Shown here: piece after piece, positions 60,575 to 64,000 of the stretch
How the letters are laid out: every line of letters begins with the position of its first letter
How positions within the stretch are numbered: the first letter of the stretch is position 1
Origin: Candidatus Thorarchaeota archaeon
Lineage (GTDB): Archaea > Asgardarchaeota > Thorarchaeia > Thorarchaeales > Thorarchaeaceae
Assembly: GCA_048884965.1 (NCBI GenBank)
Contig: JBHLQH010000007.1
Location: 32,001 to 96,000, forward strand
Direction of reading: 5' to 3'
DNA: 64,000 bases
The notes under the pieces: generated by a model
Databases searched by the model: none
Told to the model about the DNA's origin: nothing
What the model saw: only the letters and a program-made list of their open reading frames with translations
Translations under genes and position numbers: made by a program

Positions 60575-62947
60575 CTAGATACCAGTTACCAAGTGAGACG
60601 CTCCTACCATCACTTGACCAATAGACACTCCTCCATCTCCCGGAGGTATCCGACGATGGACTAATGGAGTCAATGCTGCAGACTTAATACTTGATACTAT
60701 TGCTTCTGTAATAATATGATTTAGAGCTACGCCTCCTGAGAATCCAATGTATCCTATGCCCTCTTGTTCGGCAACCTCTATCGCGAGACTTGCAAAACTA
60801 TGGCCGAGAAACCATTGAGCAGCATATGCCAATTGAGACACAGGCATGCCTTGATTCATATAATGGATCAAAGTTTGAATTGAGTCTGCTGTATCTATCA
60901 CTCGACGATTCCCGTCACGTAGAAAATGAGGTTCAATACGAAAATCTGTCTTCTTCGCTATTGCCTCAAGCTTCATTGGGCATTCTCCATCGTATGTATT
61001 GCTATCACAGACCCCTAGAACCGTAGCCACAGCATCAAGAAACCTACCAGCGCTTGAAGTCGTTATGGTATTGATCCCCTTGTCTATTATGCCAAGCAAT
61101 CTTGGAAGCATAGCCTCATTCAACACTACATTATCAGAAACCATATGCCCTTTTACTAGTGACACAATTTCATTCTCATCGAAGCTATCTTTTATCATCC
61201 CTATGAGTGGTCTAACTCCATACTTGGCAGAAAGATCTCCGCCAGGATATACATAGGACCGCAATCCTGCTTTATTCTCGAAACTCATACTATCTCCTAG
61301 AAGAATTTCTCCTCCCCATCCTGTTTTGTCCGCTCCATATCCATATCCATCTGCTGTAATACAGATAATACTTGTATCAGGCTTGAGATTGTGGTCGGCT
61401 AAGATGGAGGCAAGATGTGCATGATGATGTTGAACACGATAGAGAGGTACTTTCCAATCGGCACTAATCCTCTCTGCATGAAGTGTACTTAGAAATTCAG
61501 GATGCAAATCACAAGCAACCGCGTCAAACTTCTGCAATCCAATTAGATCAGCTAGATGGCGGTATGCATTTTCTAGGAACTCGATATTCTCTACATTATC
61601 AGTATCACCGATATATTGAGTGGGATAAAGAATACCTGATTTCAAGATAGTCGCCATAGCTTTTTCCTCAGGGCCAACCCCAAGAACCCGTAGTGATTTA
61701 TCAAATCCATCTATCAAGATGGGTTCTGGAGTATATCCTCTGGCGCGTCTGATGAAGAGTGGACTTTCCGCGTCGATGAATTTTATGACCGAATCGTCTG
61801 CTCTCTGGTGTATTCTCCTATTATGTAGTAGAAAATGATCAGCAATCCCTGAAAGTGCATGGACTATTACACTCGGATCTATATACATAGGAACTCCTGT
61901 GTGATTAGCACTTGTCATGACCAATGCTGGTTCTTTCAAGTATCTGAAGAGAAGGTGATGAACAGGTGCATACGGCAGCATCACACCTACGGTGTCTAGT
62001 CCAGGAGCAATCTCATCTAACACATCATGTTGTAATACAGATAATACACTCTCTGATGAGATTGAGTCTAGCATTCTCTTTCGTACTAGAACGATTGGTC
62101 TTTTCCAAGAAATGAGTAGCTTGCGTTCAGCTTCAGATAAGATGAAGTTCCTTTCCAGAGTTTCCAAATCTCTTACCATTATCGCAAATGGTCTTTGGAG
62201 TCTTTGCTTCCTTTGCCTTAGCTTTGTGATTGGATCAACACTGGACGTGATTGTTACTAGATGAGTTCCTGAAATCCCTTGGACTGCAAGCACTTCCCCT
62301 TGCTTGAGATATTCAGCTGAAGTCAAGATAGGATTAGGTGTGACTACATTGTTTCCTTTTCCATCCCTCAAATGATATGTAGGACCACATATCGCACAGG
62401 CTGTAGTTTGAGCATGATATCGTCTATCCATGGGATTTGTATAACCTGTATTACATGTATCACATAATGGAAAATCCTTCATTGTAGTATTCGGTCTGTC
62501 ATATGGAAGATCTGTAATAGTTGAGAACCGAGGTCCACATGCAGCACAAGAAGTGAATGGGTAATCCTTCCATCGAGATGATTGACTAGAAAGATCATCC
62601 TCACAACACTCACACATTGCAATATCAGGAGGTATAACCGGCTCTGACTCTTCGCTTTTCGTGATAGATGATTTCTCGATGACGAAATCATCATACTGTC
62701 CTTGGGTATCCTCCCAATCCAACTTAAACGAGTCAATACGTGCAATTGATGGAGGATCAGTCTTCAGGATATCAAGAAACTCTTGGATAGCTTCTCTTTT
62801 TCCTTCAACAACAATTCGCACACCCGCATCACCTAGGTTTAGGACATACCCTGTGAGAGAGAATTCCTTTGCGATTCTATATACAAAGGGCCTGAATCCT
62901 ACTCCTTGGACTATACCATTGATCTGAATTGTAGCTCGTATATTCAA
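60575..62947 (-). CDS. hypF: Hydrogenase maturation carbamoyltransferase HypF
   Basis: GIVQGVGFRPFVY, CxxC fingers, YDR..T.M, RYHAQ, QHHHAH, DG.GYG, PPGDGG. Confidence 0.97.
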   Translation of the reverse strand: MNIRATIQINGIVQGVGFRPFVYRIAKEFSLTGYVLNLGDAGVRIVVEGKREAIQEFLDILKTDPPSIARIDSFKLDWEDTQGQYDDFVIEKSSITKSEESEPVIPPDIAMCECCEDDLSSQSSRWKDYPFTSCAACGPRFSTITDLPYDRPNTTMKDFPLCDTCNTGYTNPMDRRYHAQTTACAICGPTYHLRDGKGNNVVTPNPILTSAEYLKQGEVLAVQGISGTHLVTITSSVDPITKLRQRKQRLQRPFAIMVRDLETLERNFILSEAERKLLISWKRPIVLVRKRMLDSISSESVLSVLQHDVLDEIAPGLDTVGVMLPYAPVHHLLFRYLKEPALVMTSANHTGVPMYIDPSVIVHALSGIADHFLLHNRRIHQRADDSVIKFIDAESPLFIRRARGYTPEPILIDGFDKSLRVLGVGPEEKAMATILKSGILYPTQYIGDTDNVENIEFLENAYRHLADLIGLQKFDAVACDLHPEFLSTLHAERISADWKVPLYRVQHHHAHLASILADHNLKPDTSIICITADGYGYGADKTGWGGEILLGDSMSFENKAGLRSYVYPGGDLSAKYGVRPLIGMIKDSFDENEIVSLVKGHMVSDNVVLNEAMLPRLLGIIDKGINTITTSSAGRFLDAVATVLGVCDSNTYDGECPMKLEAIAKKTDFRIEPHFLRDGNRRVIDTADSIQTLIHYMNQGMPVSQLAYAAQWFLGHSFASLAIEVAEQEGIGYIGFSGGVALNHIITEAIVSSIKSAALTPLVHRRIPPGDGGVSIGQVMVGASHLVTGI

Positions 62948-63119
62948 CCGGAAGGAACCTCTATATCTGGCATAATCTGTCAGAGATATTAATCCAGTGA
63001 AGTGGCAATTTCCCTTTATACATGTATTACAAGAATTACAAACTTTGTAGGTGCTCTTAAAGCTCTCTAAGCACTATAATATGATTGAAGTGCGGTCGAC
63101 ATCGGATAGGACGGGACCT

Positions 63120-63503
63120 ATGTTCATTGAACCTGAAACAACTCCCTCCATACTAGCCAATATTCCCGAGTGCCTGAGAAGAGTTCTCAAAGAAACCTCT
63201 GAAGCAAGCACGAAAAAGAAAAGAGCTACATTAATCTCCAGTAATAGCTTGGCAAACAGATTTATTCTGGAACGATGGGGGATTCGTCCCTCACAAAGAA
63301 GACGGTTCAAGAATCTATTTGCATCAGTGCGAAAGCAATGTAGGAACATCTTTCAACATCTACTATCCAGGGGGAGACTGGAATGGAATATCGGCACAAC
63401 TAGATTCGTGTATGGAGTTTACAAATTCGATGAGATTCGTGGAAACCTGATCTTGGGCTTTGTTGACGTTCCGCCTGAAGAGGAGTGGACTCTTCCTATC
63501 TAA
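63120..63503 (+). CDS. Hypothetical basic protein
   Basis: Unopposed ORF; ATG at 63120 preferred. Confidence 0.6.
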   Translation: MFIEPETTPSILANIPECLRRVLKETSEASTKKKRATLISSNSLANRFILERWGIRPSQRRRFKNLFASVRKQCRNIFQHLLSRGRLEWNIGTTRFVYGVYKFDEIRGNLILGFVDVPPEEEWTLPI

Positions 63504-63691
63504 TGAAACACACGTATTATCTGTATTACAATAGCAATAGTGAACCTTAAGAGATAGCAGATTCTACTTGTATACAATGTTGTATCCGCTCAAACAACAA
63601 TTAGAAACGTTTGTTAGACCACTCCTAGAGCAGCAAATTTCAATGTTTCTGACGATTTCAAGAAATCTTCCTAATCCAATGAGGTGCTGAA

Positions 63692-64000
63692 TTGAACGAA
63701 AGAAAACCCGAAACGCCGAATCAGGAAATTAGATCTGCAGCACAAAAGGCAAGACGAGCTCTTCGCGAACCCATGTTGAAAATTCTATTGGAGAGGTCCC
63801 TTCTTACCGATATACAGATGGAAACTCTACTAATCGATCTTGCGATAGAAGATCAAGTAGGAGATCATATCCCTTATGAAGACAAAGCCAGCATTCGCAG
63901 AAAATCAACAAGTAAATCGTCAGGTGTTTCTCGAGGCGCATTCAACCGAAGTCTAAGTCAGGCTCGTCGGAATGTCACACGGTGCCTCTATACCATGTTA
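63692..64000 (+). CDS. Partial hypothetical HTH-like protein (runs off the window)
   Basis: TTG after GAGGTG; open frame MNERKPE...SLLTDIQME...VSRGAFNRSLSQARRNV...YTML; absent from the ORF track because it has no stop in the window. Confidence 0.65.
   Translation, partial: MNERKPETPNQEIRSAAQKARRALREPMLKILLERSLLTDIQMETLLIDLAIEDQVGDHIPYEDKASIRRKSTSKSSGVSRGAFNRSLSQARRNVTRCLYTML

Noticed and set aside
642-63349. Numerous short opposite-strand or alternate-frame ORFs (e.g. 642-1118, 1602-1952, 13380-14066, 29555-30022, 33104-33562, 60070-60546)
   Set aside because: Shadows of well-supported genes with no recognisable motifs

Overview
Archaeal chromosomal segment, most consistent with an Asgard archaeon (probably Thorarchaeia). 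This is an inference from Rpb8, eS30, GINS23, a tandem Roadblock protein and an MglA-type GTPase. It is mostly informational core: rnhB, fibrillarin/Nop5, pyrDK, herA-nurA, pyrG, hel308-mcm-gins, rfcSL, truA, cdc6/orc1, rps10, glmS, iorAB and hypF. Embedded in it are: (i) a Roadblock x2 / DENN-like / MglA-type GTPase three-gene operon; (ii) a dispersed candidate pilus/DNA-transfer set (TFB paralogue, TadA/VirB11 ATPase, Flp-like pilin, two Ig-like surface proteins, a membrane-anchored VirB4/HerA-like ATPase and a VirB2-like small membrane protein); (iii) a candidate replication origin at about 57.6-57.9 kb (inverted ORBs around an AT-rich spacer, about 24 kb from cdc6) carrying a recurring GAACACGTGTTC palindrome, plus a third ORB in a repeat-rich region at 53.5-53.9 kb; (iv) three tRNAs, each with an intron at a different position (37/38, 53/54, 10/11). 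No CRISPR array, rRNA, integrase or transposase was seen. All family calls come from motif recognition by eye; no searches were run.
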